A stretch of 64,000 nt of DNA from Heptranchias perlo (taxonomy: Eukaryota): positions 36,394,001 through 36,458,000 of the forward strand of contig NC_090353.1 of the NCBI RefSeq assembly GCF_035084215.1, given 5' to 3'. A model generated the notes under the pieces. The model made no database searches, had not been told where the DNA came from, and saw nothing but the letters and a program-made list of their open reading frames with translations. Every line of letters starts with the position of its first letter. Position 1 is the stretch's first letter. Made by a program: the position numbers and the translations under genes. Positions 60,801 to 64,000 of the stretch are shown here, piece after piece.

Positions 60801-61995
60801 TCCTTAGAGGCAGAGAATGGAAATGATTCTGGGTGTGGGGAATGTACGTTGTGAGGGAAGGCTGAGTGAGTTGGTTTTGTTCTACAGTAGTTGGGAAAGA
60901 GTGAACGTCGAGGCAAACTCAGTAAAAGTTTTCAAGGTTACGACGGTTCAAACCCCTGATCGTGAGGACACTATCTGATGCTGATAGTGTCCTGTCTGAC
61001 TCGGCCCATTCCTGCTCCATTCTAACACCAGGCCTCAGGCCCACTCCTGTTCCACTCTAACACCAGGCCTCAGGCCCATTCCTGCCCCACTCTAACACCA
61101 GGCCTCGGGCCCACTCCTGTTCCACTCTAACACCAGGCCTCGAGCCCACTCCTGCCCCACTCTAACACCAGGACTAGGGCCCATTCCTGCTCCACTCTAA
61201 CACCAGGACTAGGGCCCACTCCTGCCCCACTCCAACACCAGGCCTCGGGCCCACTCCTGCCCCACTCTAACACCAGGCCTCGGGCCCACTCCTGCCCCAC
61301 TCTAACACCAGGACTAGGGCCCATTCCTGCTCCACTCTAACACCAGGACTAGGGCCCACTCCTGCCCCACTCTAACACCAGGCCTCGGGCCCACTCCTGC
61401 CCCACTCTAACACCAGGCCTCGGGCCCACTCCTGTTCCACTCTAACACCAGGCCTCGGGCCCACTCCTGCCCCACTCTAACACCAGGACTAGGGCCCACT
61501 CCTGCCCCACTCTAACACCAGGCCTTGAGCCCACTCCTGCCCCACTCTAACACCAGGCCTCAGGCCCACTCCTGCCCCACTCTAACACCAGGCCTCAGGC
61601 CCACTCCTGCCCCACTCTAACACCAGGCCTCAGGCCCACTCCTGCCCCACTCTAACACCAGGCCTCGGGCCCACTCCTGCCCCACTCTAACACCAGGACT
61701 AGGGCCCACTCCTGCCCCACTCTAACACCAGGCCTCAGGCCCACTCCTGTTCCACTCTAACACCAGGCCTCAGGCCCGCTCCTGTTCCACTCTAACACCA
61801 GGCCTCGGGCCCACTCCTGCTCCACTCCAACATCAGGACTAGGGCCCATTCCTGCCCCACTCTAACACCAGGCCTTGGCGCACTCCTGCCCCACTCTAAC
61901 ACCAGGCCTTGGCCCACTCCTGCCCCACTCTAACACCAGGCCTTGGGCCCACTCCTGTCCGATTGTAACAATTTAATTGCTTTGCATCCAAACAG

Positions 61996-62059
61996 GAGGA
62001 ACTGGTCAATGCACAGATAAAACATTTGCATCTGGCAGAGGAGAAGAAGACGTTGGAAG
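61996..62059 (+). CDS. PLVAP: Probable downstream PLVAP exon (EELVNAQIKHLHLAEEKKTLE)
   Basis: TTGCTTTGCATCCAAACAG acceptor, AG|GTAAGC donor, phase 0 compatible with exon 3. Confidence 0.65.
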
Positions 62060-62107
62060 GTAAGCAGCTCGAACACTCGGCGCTCACTAGCAGTGTGACC
62101 CACACAC

Positions 62108-64000
62108 TGGAACAGATTCGGAGGTGACGCCACTTGGTAATCAATGTCTCATTTATTTAATAGTCAAATCAAACATGTGAAGGTATCAAATATTTAGACA
62201 ACAAAGATCAAAACAATATTTCCCCGTTTGATCTCTGGGCAGAGCTCGTAATTAAGTTGGAAATGTGGTCATTTCAAGTTTTCCCGCAGTGAGGTCGTGT
62301 TCCGGTAGTCAGCTGTTCTTCCGACTGCGGTGTCATCTTCAGAGAGCTCAGTGTTCTCTCGACAGAGTGACCTTCGCTGGATCCTCTGCCCTGAGCTCAA
62401 AAGACGTTGGGTTTTTATGCCCCCTTGACCGGAAACTCACACCATATATGGGACAACACTCATAAAATTCTTATAGATTAATGACGCTGTTTTTCAAAGA
62501 ATTCCAGATGTTTTGATGTTACTCATTTAATCACGAGACCCTTTTCAAGGTTGCATTGTCCAGCTATCGCAACAAGGTCCTGGTCTTGTCGCTATCTTTG
62601 GATTAATGTCTGTTTTGGTCATTGTTCCTCTTTTATCACATTGCTGCTCTGTCCAGCAGGGAGGGTGACGGGGTCAATCACCGGTCAAAGGTTAACAGTT
62701 TATAATTCAGCAAAATAAGCTGCACAGCCCGTACAGCATGATGGTGCGTAGTATTCTGAAAAAGATGTCACTTTTTCCCTATTTCCGATCTTGTTAAAGA
62801 TTCCCCACCTTGAGGAGGAGAAGACAAAGTCTTCGACCCCTCACTTATTTAATCAATCTGGTCCAATGGGGGAATGGTTTGGAATGACGCACATTCTGTT
62901 TTAACTCCGAGACCCACTGTGGACCCAGCAGGCAGACACTCTGAGGGATGTGGTAACCAGGATTTGTATAATCAGGAACTTCTTAAGTTGCCCTGTCAGT
63001 CCTAAACAGCCCCGCCTCCATCTAATGTTCCCGATAGCATGTTCAAGTACACTTTACGGCCAAATTTTACAACCACTCATAAGCTTTCTGTCTGGAGCGT
63101 AATGTTTACTTTCATTTTGTATCATTGTGGCCAAAATAGGCACCGATATCTTAGCCCCAATTTAGTAATTCTGGTTGGTGTAAAGCAAGACGTTAACCAT
63201 CAAACTGGAGATACGGCGCTGCCTTTTGTGTTGGGCCTCCTGTTAATTGTAACCTAATACCTTCCTCTCCGAATAAATGACATTGGTCCTTTTCAAATTC
63301 AGTAGTATAATTAGGGGATTCTTCATCCAGGGTGAAACCACAAGCTGGCCGTGCACTTTGTAAAACATCACATCTGCACAACCAGAATCCACTTTTCCTG
63401 GGATAGCAGGAAGTGTTTGGAGCAATCCAGATCCCTTCTATTTCCCTTTACTGATACCTTCGATCTTCGGATGATTTACAAATTCCTGACACATATCATC
63501 CTCGATCAAGCCCATCGATTCCACTTTCAATCTCGGTTTTACATCAGCAGGTAGCAGCGATATTGCAACTACCACGGGAATCAGTCGTGAAATCTCACCA
63601 GGGACACCCCTTGATCTGATATAACATCCCCTGTCTGCCTATTCTTTCCTTTCAGTAATCCCTCTATTTGCTTCTGCATTGTTTAATCTCGATCCTATTG
63701 TCTCTGTGAGTTCACCTGAATCTCTTCCCGATTGCACTTAGTAAAACTGTGAACAATTTCTCTTAGTGTGATTAAAAATCTACAAACATTCAATTACATA
63801 AATCAGAAGACAAAAGATACAGAAGGAAAAATTTAACAGAGCGGGAATAATCTCTGACTGCAAATTATAACAAGCCTCTTGTGTTTGCGTCACTACGAGT
63901 TCGTTCATGCATCTTTTCCTGCGCCTCCCATTTTAAAGTTTTAGTCTCAATTTTAGACCATGTCTGCACCGTCTGCACTCAGGCCTGGGGCAAGGGAATA
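62108..64000 (-). mobile_element. 3' LTR and internal region of the same ERV in the intact PLVAP copy
   Basis: Reverse complement of 31696-33888 with a 300-bp deletion. Confidence 0.9.

Larger units (their letters stand above)
55517..64000 (+). repeat. Inverted segmental duplication, right arm (continues beyond the window)
   Basis: Reverse complement of 31696-41376. Confidence 0.96.

Overview
Vertebrate genomic DNA, almost certainly from a shark or other elasmobranch (abundant tRNA-derived DeuSINE/SacSINE1-like SINEs, CR1/L2-like LINEs, Penelope-like remnants, many minisatellites). Two genes can be reconstructed from splice sites. MPV17L2 is present twice on the minus strand with five coding exons each and open frames (copy A 20412-10801, copy B 48300-42601). 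PLVAP is on the plus strand from 53346 and runs off the right edge; it has a GC-AG first intron. The window is organised by a young complex rearrangement: ~9610-22595 is repeated directly at ~41377-49830, and PLVAP from intron 2 onward (55517 to beyond 64000) is repeated in inverted orientation at 41376 down to at least 31696, probably to ~22.6 kb. That inverted copy lacks the promoter and transmembrane exon. One junction lies inside homologous LINE fragments. The copies have since diverged by independent LINE/Penelope insertions, a SINE-SINE deletion, a 25-bp micro-inversion, and a 1.15-kb deletion that removes the native start of MPV17L2-B but supplies a new in-frame ATG. Also present: a degenerate tRNA-Arg-primed ERV in a PLVAP intron, minimal hammerhead ribozyme motifs in Penelope-like elements, and a tRNA-headed short element made of the 5' and 3' ends of a LINE also in the window. 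I see no wholly new biological system; the strongest novelty is the rearrangement and its gene consequences. Most long ORFs in the track are repeat artefacts.
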